64,000 nt of DNA from Amoebophrya sp. A120 (lineage: Eukaryota > Protista > Dinoflagellata), in assembly GCA_905178155.1 (NCBI GenBank), contig CAJINV010000005.1, positions 1,266,438 to 1,330,437 on the forward strand, given 5' to 3'. The notes below the pieces were generated by a model. It worked only from the letters and a program-made list of their open reading frames with translations, was not told where the DNA came from and ran no database searches. The stretch's first letter is position 1. Each line of letters starts with the position of its first letter. The position numbers and the translations under genes are program-made. This document shows positions 47,101-60,300 of the stretch, piece after piece.

Positions 47101-50100
47101 TTTGCCATGCGGAACACGCAACTACACATAGGCGCCTTAAAATTTGTCATGCTTGGCTCGGTATTGCAGTGCAAACTCTCATTCTCATTCACTTTTAGCA
47201 TTACAAGTTTCCAGACCCAGACATTTTTGCATTCTATATGATTCTCGGCGACATCGTCATTCTCGACAACAGCTTCCGGAACCAGACTCTACCGGCGGAT
47301 TTCGTTCTCCTCACCGGGTCTGCCGCGACGGACGAATCCTCTCTGACGGGTGAGAACGTGCCGGTGCAGAAATTCGCCATCAACAGCGACGAGTTGGACA
47401 GCGCTATTTCGACCAACGCGAAGAAAAGGCATGTTTTGTATTCCGGGTCGATTTTGCTGGAAACGACCGCGGCGGTGGAGGAGGACAGCACCGGGAACCT
47501 GCACTTGAACCGCGTGTTCGCCATGGTGGTCGGGACCGGGACGGAGACCAGGAAGGGGGGCTTGCTGCAGACCATGTTCCAGCAACCGAAATACGTCTCG
47601 GTGTTCGACAAAAACGCGAACAAAATGCTTCTGCTCCAAGTGATCGGCGCGGCGTTTGTGGTGGTCATTTTCGTCAAGGATATCTTCACGCCGTTTGAGC
47701 TGTTGTTGATGCTCGTCACGTTTCTCCGCATGGGCTCGCCGTTGGGTGCCTCGGGTACCGCGCAGGCGGCGAAGACCGCGGCGGGGAGGTTGAGAGCCGG
47801 TTTGTACAAGATCCGCACCATAGAGCCGATGCGGTTCATCGACGCGAGCCAGATCCAGGTCATATGCATTGCAAATATGTCTGGGTCTGGAAACTTGTGA
47901 TGCAAGAAGTGGATGATAGCCGGACAACTGCAATACGCAGCCCAGCATGACAAATTTTTGAGCTCCTATGTGTTGCGTATTCCGCATGAGAAAATGCGTT
48001 TTTGCATGACGGATAGGCGGGGCTTTTCGTGCCTATGCAACACAGATTCTCGAATCATGCCAGACAAGCATGACAAACGCTCCACTCTTCCAGACCCCGA
48101 CACTTTTGCAGTTCATAGGTCATGTGCTTCGACAAAACCGGAACTCTCACCGAAGAAGCGCAGCGGTTCGACTGCTTGGAAACGGTGGATGGGCGGGAAA
48201 TCGAGTTGAAGAAGGAACAAGGTACAACCACTAGTACACCTGTAGTTCATCTTGAGCAGCCTCTGGAAGAGAAAGACTTCTCGAAAGATTTGCTGACTCT
48301 GTCGCTGATCACGTGCAACACGGCGGCCAAAGTGAACAACAAAATCGTCGGGAACGCGGTGGAGTGCGAGATGCTGCGGGTGGCGGATGAGGTCTTCTCC
48401 GCAGATTTCTCGCCGAATAACTCCACCGGGTTGGAGTATTTCGTGAAAGACAAAACGGCCTACGGCGCGGACAGCCACAAGCTCTTTGCCACGGTGGTGA
48501 AGCAGTTTGAATTCGACCAGCAGTTGCAGCTGCAGTCCGTGGTCGTGAAATTGAACAACGGGGACTACTACGTGTTGACGAAAGGATCGCCGCGGAAAGT
48601 GATCGCGCGGACCAGTGAGGCGACGTCTCCCGCTGGGGAGGAAAAGAAGCACCAGTTCGAGCAGCGCGCCCAGGATTTAGCAAGGCAGGGCCGGTACTTG
48701 CTGGCCGTCGCCGGGCGGAAAGTGGATCCGGCACTGTATGACCTGCTCAAACGTTACAATCTCAAACGTTACAATAGAATCTGAAACTTGTCTTGCATGA
48801 TCAACATGACAGACTCGGACAGCATTCCATGTTCTGCAATACAAATTTCGCCAGATTGTAGTGCGGATTGGGACTCCACAACTTGTCATGCGTAATCCTG
48901 TGGGAATAGGGTAGATCATGCACTTCTTGCAACACAAGGTCCAGACTCTATTGTAACGTCTGAGATTGTAACAGTTGAGCAGGTTATACGCTGGTCGCGA
49001 AGATTTTGCTGGACAAAAAGCAGGAAACCACGGGCGGCCAACCAGAAGAAGGAGCAGATGATGTTCTTGAAACCCCGGGTTCTAACGTATTACTCCCCCG
49101 TGCGAGCAGCTCCATTTCGAAACTCGGACGCACCAACACCACCGTTTCGAATAATGAGAAGCAGGTGGTCTCTGCCGCCACGAACGCGCGGCATTTGTTG
49201 GAGAAAGACCTGAATCTTTTGGGTATGATCCGGTTCTGCAACGACTTGAAATCCGATTCGGCGGATATGCATCGCAAATATGTCGGGGTCTGGAAGGATG
49301 TGAAGTTGTGATGCGCATTTCACAACACACAGAAATCTCTCATGCATAGGCAGCAAAAGATGCTCACTTCTTGTCACCAAAGTGGAGGATTTGTCATGCG
49401 GATTAGGCATTGCAGAACCTTCTCGAAATCTGTGATGCTAGGGCCGCTTCCATGCCAGAGCCAGACCTTCTGTGTCATGCAAAAACAGCATGACATCTTC
49501 CAGACCCAGACATTTTTACATGTGATAGCGGACTGTTTGAAGCAGTTCAAACACGCGGCGATCTTGACGCAGATCGTGACCGGGGACAACATTTGGTCGG
49601 GAAGCAGCATCGCGCTGCAGTCCGGTGTCGTCCCGTTTGAGGAGCAGGAGAACAGCAGCTTGTGCTTGCTTGCCGTGGATTTGGACAAAAAGAAGAAAGA
49701 CAATACTAATACCTCCCTAATCGTCCACAACCTATCCGACAAAACCCTCCCCTGGTTTCAATTGACTGGGGAAGAGATTTTACAGCAGTATTTAGCCGCA
49801 ATCGACCCTGTGGAAACCAACGACCCGCTGGGGACAGAGAAGAACTGGCTCGGACTGCGGAAGAAGAAGCCTTCCAACGGGAAAGCCGTAACTTTGGTCG
49901 ATAAAAACAAGAACTCCAAAATCGTCGGCGAAAAGGTCTCGGTCCGGTTCGTGTTAACGCAAGACGCTTTCCACTTCTTACGGGCGGGGAACACGACGTC
50001 GAGCACTGGTGACGAGGAGAAGAAGACTATGCTGAAGAAGATCTTCCCGCGCACAGTTGTTTTTGGTTCCATGACGCCCGATGGGAAAACGGATATCATC

Positions 50101-53100
50101 CAGTACTGGAAAAATGAGTTCCACTACCAAACTGGCATGTGCGGGGACGGCGGGAACGATAGTGCTGCGTTGCGGATCAGTGACATGGGTGTTAGCTTAT
50201 CGAACGCGGAAGACATCGAGACTCAGATGTTGAACGATGCAGAGCCTGAAATGAACCATCAAAACGTCGAAACCACGTCGACCAGCCAATCCTCGCAGAA
50301 CAATAAATCGGAAATCACGTTCCTCGCCCCCTTTGCGGCAGACACGACTTCCATCCGCGCCTGTATCAACGTTTTGAAGGAAGCGCGGACGGTGGCGGAA
50401 AACGGGCTGGCCATTTACCAGTGGGTGTTCGTCTACGCGTTCATCATCAGCTTTGTTCGGAACTACCTGTTGCTGCAACGCTACAGCTACTTCAGTGAGT
50501 TCTTCGGCACCTCTCTCGATCTGGTCTCCGTCCCACTGGCCGTCTACGTTTTGGCAAGGGCGCGGGCGCCGGAAGACCAAGTGAGGAAAAATAGTAGTGC
50601 TGGGTCATCTTCTGTCGCTACTACTCCGAGGGAAGTCGAGTACGCCAAGATCAAAAGCCTGCAGTCCGCAAAATCCGAAGCGAAATTGCAGTCGTACCGG
50701 GCGGAAGATCACGTTGTGGTGGACCAGCACGAAAATAATGATATTCGCGCCGATGTTGCGGCCGGCGGAGGCAGCGGACATAATTCTGACCGCCAGCCGT
50801 TGTTGGCTCCCGCGGATAGGTACGACAGCAGAAATGACGAATACAGCAGCAGCATCAAACCTGACAACGACCTTGAAGACCCGGAGTACGAAAAGGAACA
50901 AAAACACGCTCAGAGCAAGAAAACGCAAAAAGCCGCGAACCAAACGGAGCTGTTCCCGGACTCCCCCAATCTGTCCCCGTTTGCCGGCGTCCGCGTCTGG
51001 GTGATCGGGATCATTCTCCCGCTGGCGCTCCTCTGGTTCGTCGGCTTTATGGTCTTGTTCATGCAGCTGATCGCTCCCAGCTACGACCTCGCCAGCGACA
51101 CCTGGTTCCGCCAGCCGGTGGACTGGTACGGCACCTACCTCCTGGCCCAGGTGAAGCACAACGAGCCGGGGCAATCGGTCGTCGGTGGGGCGGCCTTCGC
51201 GACGGCGTACTTCTTGACCGCACTGGCGATCCTCTACCTGGGCAGCGGGACCAAGTTTCGGTCGCATAAAATCTGGAAACTGGCCTCTTTGTGGGTTTCG
51301 TTTGGTGTCTTTTTCCTCCCGATCATGGTCCTTCCCATGGTACTCTCCAACAACTGGCTCAGCTGCACGATGCGCATGAACTGCGACAATCGGACCAGCT
51401 GGAACGTGGGGGGTGGCAGTGCGAAGTCGGGGAATAGCTTGTTGGACGGCTTCATGCAGTTCACCAGCTTCCGCGTCATGGGCTGGTTCGATTTTGACGT
51501 GACCAGCGCTGCAGTCTGGATGTACGAACCGGGTTGGACCGAGATTCACGAAGTGAACAAGACGCCTGCCAGTTCTCTCCTCCCCGGGGCCTTCCCGTTG
51601 GACCCAGAAGGGGACACGAGTCAGCGCTTGAACACCATCACGCGTAACTATCAAACCGGCGCGGATTACCTGGAGTCGACCAGTGGGGGCGACGTGAAGG
51701 ATATGTTGAAACAGTACGGTATGGTCGAGAATACACCCGTGCCAGAGCACTACTACAATTGGCACTTGGCCAAACAACCGGATGTGTTTACTCCGGGCGA
51801 AAAAGTTTACGATCCGGAGCAGAGTCTTCTGTTTTGGAAGCCGGTACTGGATGCGTTGAAAACGAGTGATTTGGACTTCTTCGCCCCCGCCGGAAAACTA
51901 GCGATCTCCGCTGCGAACGATCGGCAACAGACGCTGTTGCGCGGAACCTATCTCCTCAGTCCCGCGATGTTGACGCAAATGTTTCAGTACGGAATCATGG
52001 GGAATAATTCTCCATCTTCGCAAGAAGATTTCCCAACGGGGGCGGCTGCAAAACAGTGGCTGCAGGACGCGTTGGACAAGTTGCAGGAAAAGGCGAAAGC
52101 TTCTCCGAGTGTCGAAAAGGTCTCCGTCCTGTTCGCCACGCAACTGTTGTCGCATGAGGCGTACTGGAAGATGATTGATTACGTGAAGACCTTGCCGCCT
52201 GGCACTGTTGTTCCGGGGCCCACGACAAGTAGCCCTCCTGCAGTCACTATTCCTTCGAACCCGACGGACATGAACGACTTCATGGCGAAAGTGTACGAAC
52301 TTGACCACTTCCCTCTCCCGCTCAACCTCCCGGACGCCCCGCCTGCGCTCATCGCCGCGCAGCTGGACACACCACCCCGAGACATGAGCGACCCGCGGAA
52401 CCTCATGGCGCAGAGTATCAGCAAGTTGGCCATCAAGGGGCAGTATGCATTGCAAAAGTATCGTACTAGTATAAATCGCAATACAAATTGCCTCAGCATT
52501 AGAAATGGAATTTGTAATGCTGTTTTACCTTAGGAGGAGATTTGTTATCTCCTTCCTAAGGTAAAACAGCACCCAGCTTTAGGTCGTCGTCGGTATTGGT
52601 TTCCCCGTTTCGGATCCAGTGTTGGGGCTAAGCGAGGTCTGACTCACAATCTTTCATCTGCCAGGGTGTTAGATTAGTGAAGTTCCTGTGAAAAATCGTA
52701 CGGCGGGTGTGGTTTTAAAGTTCCTGCTGTATAACACCATTAACGACAAACAAACAAACAAACAAAGAGATTTGTTATGCATATTTGCAAGTGCTACGAG
52801 TACGATACTTTTGCACAGGATAGGCAGCTGGACGACGCGCCGAGCCTGTGGGTGGTACAGCAGCTGCTGGAAAAGAACATGTACAGCGGAATTCTTGGAA
52901 ACTGCAAGTCTCAATTGCTGGAACTACCGACGGACAAAAACAACTCAAGGTTCACCTACGGAATCAAGGTAAGTAAGTAAGTACTTACGATGAACAAAAA
53001 AATGTCGGAAAAATTATACGTTTTCCAAAACATTTTTATGTTGATTTTCGAAACCAATGAGTGTCTTTGATGTCAGGCAAAGTTTTTGCAATTTTGTTTT

Positions 53101-53888
53101 CCAGCATTTCGATTTGGATTTCGCGGAAGCGCGACCCTGTTTATGGGAAAAATACAATGGACTGTGTTGTGGATCAACATCAATTTCTAGTGTCGTGATG
53201 TAAAAATCGCTGCCATGATTTATTTCCAAATTTTTTTCTCTTATCACAGACCGTCTGCGACGACGTTGTCCAGAAGCCAAAGCAGCCCGCGGAGGTGACC
53301 CAGAACTGGGACTTCGCTTGTCAGCAACTGTGCCAAAACACGTGGCGCCTGAACGGCAGTTTATCCGACAGTCCTTTCCACTGCTACTGGAACGCGACAG
53401 AGTTCAACAGTACCCCCGTGCCGGCCCCGGCGACCCGAAAACACACCTGCTACCTCTTCCACCGCACCGATCGGGCGCGGGGCGATAGCAGCCTGCTTCC
53501 CGACGCCGCACCCGAGGCCGGCCGCAACGCGATCGGTCCGGATTACGATCTGTTCGTGCAGACCGTGGGCCGCGAGAAGGGGAAACCGGACCAGGGAAAG
53601 AACTCCGTTTTGCTGAAACTCGTGCCGGATCACTTCGCCGTCACACCGGAATTGTACGCGCCCCGGTTGCGACTCTTCTACCTGAATCGGCACACGGTGC
53701 TCGGCTGGGACGCGGTCACGACCGAAACGCAAAATTACATCCACATCTTCTACCCGGGGCAACGGTCGGGGAATGTGGTGTTTCTGGGCTTTTTCGGGCT
53801 GATGTTTCTGCTCGGAGCGGTGTTGCTCCTCATCCGGGTGCTGAGCAACGTGATAGAGTTTCATCAATTGAGGCGGCGACCGGTGTAA
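44125..53888 (+). CDS. P5-type (ATP13A-like) P-type ATPase, ~2290 aa, 11 exons
   Basis: Motifs LILGDIV, DESSLTGENVPVQK, CFDKTGTLT, TKGSP, VTGDN, MTPDGK, MCGDGGND, APF. Removing 9 introners and one GT-AG intron (52969-53249) gives 6876 nt in frame. Confidence 0.92.
45163..45447. mobile_element. TIR introner, family C, reverse orientation
   Basis: TSD TCCGT; removal gives HAFR-DLSEK. Confidence 0.9.
45568..45836. mobile_element. TIR introner, family A
   Basis: TSD CATCA; removal gives LRSI-IVLSTQ. Confidence 0.92.
45984..46294. mobile_element. TIR introner, family B (close copy of 33835)
   Basis: TSD AAGGA; removal gives TETK-EDACS. Confidence 0.92.
46374..46650. mobile_element. TIR introner, family A subtype 2
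   Basis: TAC...ATA ends; TSD GTTCT; removal gives FPGF-WKFFF. Confidence 0.88.
46967..47238. mobile_element. TIR introner, family A subtype 2
   Basis: TSD TGATT; removal gives SSKLI-LGDIV. Confidence 0.92.
47863..48117. mobile_element. TIR introner, family A subtype 2
   Basis: TSD GGTCA; removal gives IQV-MCFDKTGT. Confidence 0.92.
48737..48988. mobile_element. TIR introner, family H
   Basis: ~45-bp TIR tatgacctgctcaaacgttacaatctcaaacgttacaataga; TSD CACTG/CGCTG; removal gives DPAL-VAKIL. Confidence 0.88.
49266..49527. mobile_element. TIR introner, family A
   Basis: TSD GCGGA; removal gives KSDSA-DCLKQ. Confidence 0.92.
52444..52822. mobile_element. TIR introner, family D, enlarged
   Basis: TSD GGCAG; removal gives IKGQ-LDDAP; internal hairpin at 52518-52571. 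Confidence 0.88.
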
Positions 53889-55979
53889 AAACCTGCAACA
53901 GTAGGTAATGTTGCAGCTAATCCGAGGGGAGAAGGAGAACTAGGATATTTTGAGTTTATGTGCACCTGCTCCTGCACCTTTCTTGTTATACTTATTTCGT
54001 GTGAGAGTAAGCGGACTCACTTTTACTCGACGAAAGGTAATAAAAGCTGCGCTCTACTGCTACGCTCTACAACGACTACGACTTACGGTAATGGGAAATA
54101 AAACAAACGCCTGTTCGCAGTCTACATGCGAAGAGAGAATGTAATCTAGAATCTACTGTGGAGCTCTTGACGATGTATGTTATAGCAGAGGAACTGAATT
54201 TTACCACTAAGAACATATCACTCCCTACGGGAAAACCAGTAAAAATTCTTGTTGCAGTGGCGCCAGCACTATAGGGACTAGTCTGCTGCAGCGGAATTCA
54301 TTCGGAGGGTTTTTTCGTTTTTGGAAAAACAAAAAGCCAACCATAACACCTTCCATATCTTTTCAGCGGGCTGCGGCTCTACTTTTCTTGAAACAAAAGT
54401 ACAAGGCTTGCACCGCTTTGTAGACAAGTCACGAGGTACGTGCGTACTGTTCCAACTTAGGAACGTTTTGATTTATCTGCATAGTGGTAGTAGACAAGGA
54501 AAGCATGTTGTCGTCAAAATTTCTGAAAACCGCATAGCTCTCGACATGAAAGAAAAAAACGAGTATGTCGACTGAACAGCAAGAACCCGTCGAGAGGACG
54601 TACTGTAAGTACTCACTCTGAAACTAAAGCGAAAACCCAGTGAACAGTTTACGGTATGCTGATCATCATGAAGTACCAACAAACCCATATGCACCATTTT
54701 TAAGACCAAATAATATCGTACTGTGCATGAGAGGAAACAAATGAAATGCAGAGCAGTTGTTGTAGTTTACTTAGTACCATTTCCTTGGTTTCTTTTTCGT
54801 CTCCAAGTAGACGAGAGAAATTAATGAAACCGGTCTCGTAGAAAACCAATACAACTGACGCATCATAGTACGCATTTGAGTGAAAATGTTTTTAACTTTA
54901 GCAACACAAGTAAGGACTTTGTCGGAGAAATCGAAACGCATTCCGCCCTTTGAAGTTCTTCTCCCAAAAACATTCCTCTACTAAAATGCATAGAGTAGAA
55001 AAGATGACGCGTAGATAAACAGCTACGTACTACTGGAGAACGCATAGCAACTACGCAGCTTTGCGGCGCATAAGTACTTAGTGATTATCAAGTCTTTTCT
55101 ACTTCGATTGATCCCATAATAAATTGTCACTACCCATACCCATAGAGGCATACAGCGATTGCCGCACAGTAAATTGACTACGGTAGATTGTACACAAAAA
55201 TCACCACGCGAACACATCAGCCAGCGTCTGCGATCATGCTCAATTGAGGAGGGCGCTCTTTCCAAAGATACAGATAGATAAAGCAACTCTTCTTCCAGCT
55301 GAGCTTCTGTATCTGCTGCAGCCTAATATGCGAATTCCTAAAACTAGCATGTCCAGAGATTCATATCAGCTGTAATACAGCAGAGGACTAGCTATTTGTA
55401 TCGCGTAACAGCGATACAGTGTAGTGGTACTAAATTTTTCAAAACTACCGTGGTGTCCGTGCAATTCCTTTCGATTTTTTTTCGTAAGGCCGCAATCCAA
55501 AAACCGCACTCGATTTGTCTCCCGATTTTTTTTCCTGTCCCCGAGCCCCTCAATCTTGAGAACAAGAAAACGGACCACGATGACATGCCGTCGATAGAAG
55601 AACGACGACCAGACCAAGTTGTAACGGTGATTGTGTTGAAAAGAAGTAGGGGACACCTCCAACGCCGTTGAACTGAGTTGAGCGTTTCTTATTCGTTTTT
55701 TCTTTTGGGGGTGCTCCTCCTATTGACAACGAACAGTGAGTCACCAACAGGTTTTGGTTATGGTTTTCTCATGTAGTTGAGGACACGGAAGAACTGAGCA
55801 GCGCCGTCTTAAGAGGGTGTAATTTCTTATGATGAGAGCAACACTGCTGGTGGGACCGATGCAGCTCATGCCTCGATGCCTTTGTTATTTGAAGAAACTC
55901 AAACTGGTTGTGATGTCCTCACAGTGCTGAGCTTTGAGCAGCTGAAGCTGTCCTGTGTTGTTCTTCTTCTTTACCTTCT

Positions 55980-56467
55980 TTGCACAAACAAGTAAAACCA
56001 TGTCGGTTCATCTTAGTTGCAGGAACAGCTGCGTGCAGGCTCAGGCAGGTGGATTTGTAAAATCCATTCCAACAGTACGACATCACCCTAGAGATAGCTC
56101 GTGGAGGCTGCTGCACCATGGTCGCCCACGAGCGCAGTCTTCCTCTTCCACGGTAGTACCTGACTTCACATCTTCATCATCTCGTTGCAACTTTTACTCT
56201 ACAAGACCAACATCAACACTGCTGTTGTGCCGACAATTTTCTGCATCGACATCGCGACCAGTAGTTGTAGGACAAGCGACAAAAAAAGCTTCCGAACAAG
56301 AAAGCGACCGCATCACGAAAGCAAATACAACAAGCCGAAATGGCGCTCCCCGAGGCGCGTTGCCACTGTTTCTCTGCAGCATCGGTTGTGGAATGTTTCT
56401 GAAGAAGAATTTTTTGGACGATGTTGAAAACGCGGAAGACGCTGTGCCGCGATATTTCTACTCGTAG
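55980..56467 (+). CDS. Small hypothetical protein (Ser/Arg-rich N-terminus)
   Basis: ORF only; start and exon structure uncertain. Confidence 0.25.
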
Positions 56468-57348
56468 CAAGGAATGCAGGAAGAGGAATGGTCGTTCTCA
56501 GAAATAAACCAAGCAGAAAGGATCACATTCTTGAGGACGCAGCAGCGTATCATGGGCACGTTTGAAATTTTACGAAAATGGCAGAACGCGCCGGCGGACC
56601 CTGCGGTGGTCCTGGCTCGACGATGACGAAAATAATCATGTTTCGCCGTCCTCGCAGTCACAAGTAGATCGGCACCTACTCCGAGGAGCAAGGGAATAAT
56701 TTCGGGAACAGCTGCGCAGTACGTCATGGCCGATCAACAAAATAACGAAGCGAAATAAACATAAAGCTAGACATTACAGGAGTCAAAATCATGGCGTCTA
56801 TGATCACGTTAAGATCTACCTCCAAGTTCCGGATAGGACCATGTGGCGACGCGTTCCAAATACACTTAAAATTATAAGTCATCAGCTCGAACTCTTAAGA
56901 TGAAACCTACCAAGTTCATTTCATCCAAATAGGCTATGATCAAGGAAGATGGAAGGTGGCTTGCTGTTGCTCTGAATAATTGTGCTAAAGATGCGCCGAT
57001 CCCGATCTTCCATAGCGTTCTTACATCTATGATCCCGTTTTCGTTTGAAGTTGCGTACCTCTACCTGAATTATAACTGTAACCGAAGCTACAGTCTTCTT
57101 CTCGATTTGGATTGTCGAGGAAAAACATCGCTATCACTGGTACAATTTCTTGTACTCAACTTAATACTCTATTGATTACCTACTTAAACATTTACATACC
57201 TCCGCCGTTCTACCTATTCTCCATTCGGACTTGTTACAGCTTGTAGATACTAAAAACTCGTTTACATTGTCACTGAAAGTATAAAAACTAAAACTTGAAG
57301 CCGCCATCGGAGCAGCATCAAAAATCTTCTACCCTATCCAAAATCAAA

Positions 57349-60300
57349 ATGGCACGCTTCCCCCCTGATTATATGTTGGCCCTCGCCGGGTTTCTACTAG
57401 CACCCGCGTGGTCCTTTTTTTGTTTTTCCACAAACTACTGTGTCCGCGCGGTAACAGTACAGCGCTCCGGGCTCGCGCAGGAGCTCGGACTAGCCTCGTC
57501 CTCGTCCGCTGCTGTTAAGGGCAAGGGCAAAGGCAAGAGTGACGGAAAGAATTGTAAAGGTGAAGGTGGAAAACGAAAAGGAAAAGGAAAACAAAAACTA
57601 CTGCAGGCTGATGGGACCCCGAACTACACGAAAGCTACTAATGCGGCTATTACAGCGGCCTGGCACGAAGGATGGACGAAAGGCCAGGGGAAAGAGAAGG
57701 GCAAGCGTGGGGGCATCAAAGTCCAAGATGATGGCGATGCTCCTCCTGGTGCCGCTGTTGTTAACGCCGGCGACCGTGAAGCGCAAACTTCTGCTTCGAA
57801 TGTTGGAGGTCGAACGGAACAAACGGACCAGCCGGCAGACCCGACCACCGAGCCGCGTGTGAAGACCGTGCCGGCCCCGGCGCCGCCCGAAGGTACCGGC
57901 CCTGCTGCTCTGGCCGCGGTTGATGTTCTCTCTGCGGACCGCGACAGCCCGGAAGATCATGTTGAACTGGTACATGAGATTCAAGTCGTCAATGCGCTGA
58001 AAGGAGAGGTCGTATTTCAGCTTACTGCGGATGATTTTGAACATCCCGAATTCGGATTCGCGCCGGAACGCACAACAATCCGGGACGTGGAATACGCGCT
58101 GCGGAAAAAATCCGAGCAGGCCGGCGGGGACTTCGACTTTCTCGGGGCGTGGAAACTTGTTGCTTCGAATGAGTGGACGATGAAGGAAAAAAAGGCCACA
58201 ACCATTGAGCAACTACTCCTGTTGCGCGGCAAAGCTGCTGCGACAGATGCTGTACTTATGTCAGTGCACAGCTGGTGGTCCTCGTTGTTCCCCTCATTAT
58301 TTTTTGCCATGCAAGAAACAAAACCGAGTCTAGCTGCTGTAGTTGCCCTTTACTAGTACTTAATATGAGGATACTCCTCCGTATGCAAAGCGAAGTTGCG
58401 AGAAGGGCGGCCAGGAGGACAACACCTCGGTTTTCAGTCTCCGAAATTTTTTTTCCATTTACAGAAGCCAAGCGATTTTTTTTTTGTCGTAGTACAAAAG
58501 CTACATGCATGCTGGCGTTTGCATAGTTTTTAGGGATGATGATGATGTTAGCAAGATGATGACGATGATGATCATGATGCTGCTCTACCCCTTGAGCAGT
58601 AAAAAGTGAGGAGAACAGGGACCACGACCTTATGCAAGGTCATAGAAGAAGAGGCCTTAATACGCACATCGTATACGGGGCAAGAACAGCACGTCCAACG
58701 GATTCGCCTTACTGCCATTCGGAGAGCGCTCCACCCGATTGTCGCGCATTTGGGGGAGGTGTCCGCTCGGGCCGAACATGCTTTGAATCTGTTTCACGAT
58801 GACGACGCGATCTCGCGCGACGCAGCCATTCTGGTGTGGGCCAAAATTATGGCAAGAAGCTATAAGAGCGACTATCGCTACGGCACGACCCAGGGCGGGG
58901 ATGAAGCGAATCTGTTTTACTCGAAATTGCCCCTGCTCACTGATATGCTGCCGAGATTTCTGGATTCCATTCAGGACACGGAAGGGGGAGAGAGCGACGC
59001 CACGGCGTGCAACATGAAAGACCTCTATGCGTGGTCGCAAATATGAACAATCTGTCTGGGTCTGCTGGAAACATGTTGCATTCGGCTTGGCATTATTTTC
59101 ATTCCGACGATTCTTTCAGACTAAAATCTGTGTTATTAGTAGTTGCACGAACAACTACAAAGGCATACCGCAAAGTTGTTTTTTATCGTGCAACGAGCAC
59201 CCCTTGTGAAAAATTTCTGCGGTTTCATCTTGTTGGTATACCTCATCTATTTCGAGATTGAAAGTGTCAGTGTCTTGACCTTCTACATCCAGAATTCAAC
59301 ATCGCAAGCTTTCCGACCCAGATACGTTTGTCGATTTGCAATCGATAACCTGGAGAGAGAGCTGCCCGCGTTGGGCACTGGCTGGGCGGGCACCGGCTGG
59401 GCAGGGGATTTAAATGTTCCCAGAGGGTTTTCTACTCGCGGCTTTTCCGATAATACCAACCACGACCGCATCATGGCTTTTCTTGCAGAGCACCGGGGCA
59501 ACTACCCGGTCGAGGATGGGCGCACGACTGGCGTCGCGGCACAACTCATCGCTAACGCAACAGTTCGGTTCTTTTCCCAGTGGGCAAATACCTGGAGTCG
59601 CGACGAGGGAGGCGGCCTCCCGGCGGCCCTCGGCGAGACGCGAAGACTTTTCCCGCCGCGTTCCCGCCCGGCGACTCGCGGCGCGAAGCCGGAGAAGCTC
59701 CTCCTGTCGACTCATTTTTCTACCGACGGGAGCCATTTCAGGACTTGCCATTTGGAGTATGTTTTCATGCTCCGGTATGGAAGTGCGAGGCACGTGGAAA
59801 TCGTCACCTGGGAAGATCGGTTCAGATGCAACTGGGAGCAGTTGGGCCTTATTTATACATTATCGAAGCGGCCGCGTCGGCGTGTTCTGTAGTGCTTCGT
59901 GATCATGCCAGGCAGGAGCATTGTTCTAGCCCGTGATATTTTTAACTGTTTGGCGGCAATCCCTTGTTTGACTTTTCGCTCTGCAAAATAAAGGAGAGCG
60001 AACATTCTCGACGATAGTACGCAATCAGTCACGATTTTCAAATACTTATGCCGATTTCCCACCTCGCGCTTCCACAAGATTCATGTGCCGGCAGAGTTTC
60101 CGCCTGAAGATGACATCAGGACCTTGTTGTCGCGACGCATCTACAATCTGGTCCGCCGCGCAAACGCCGATGCCGCGAACACAGAGGTGCCAGACGAGTA
60201 CGCTTCAGAGGTGGGGTCGCTGCTACGCAAAACGGTAGCAGAACTTTCCCGCTTTGAGGTGCGCTGCATAGACAAAAGACAACCGGCACTGATCAAAACC

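Noticed and set aside
6155-49530. Recurrent peptides FQTQTFLHLI, KCKNVWVWK and MLPILHDK in many ORFs as a repeated protein domain
   Set aside because: They are translations of introner TIRs and interiors in different frames and strands, not protein.
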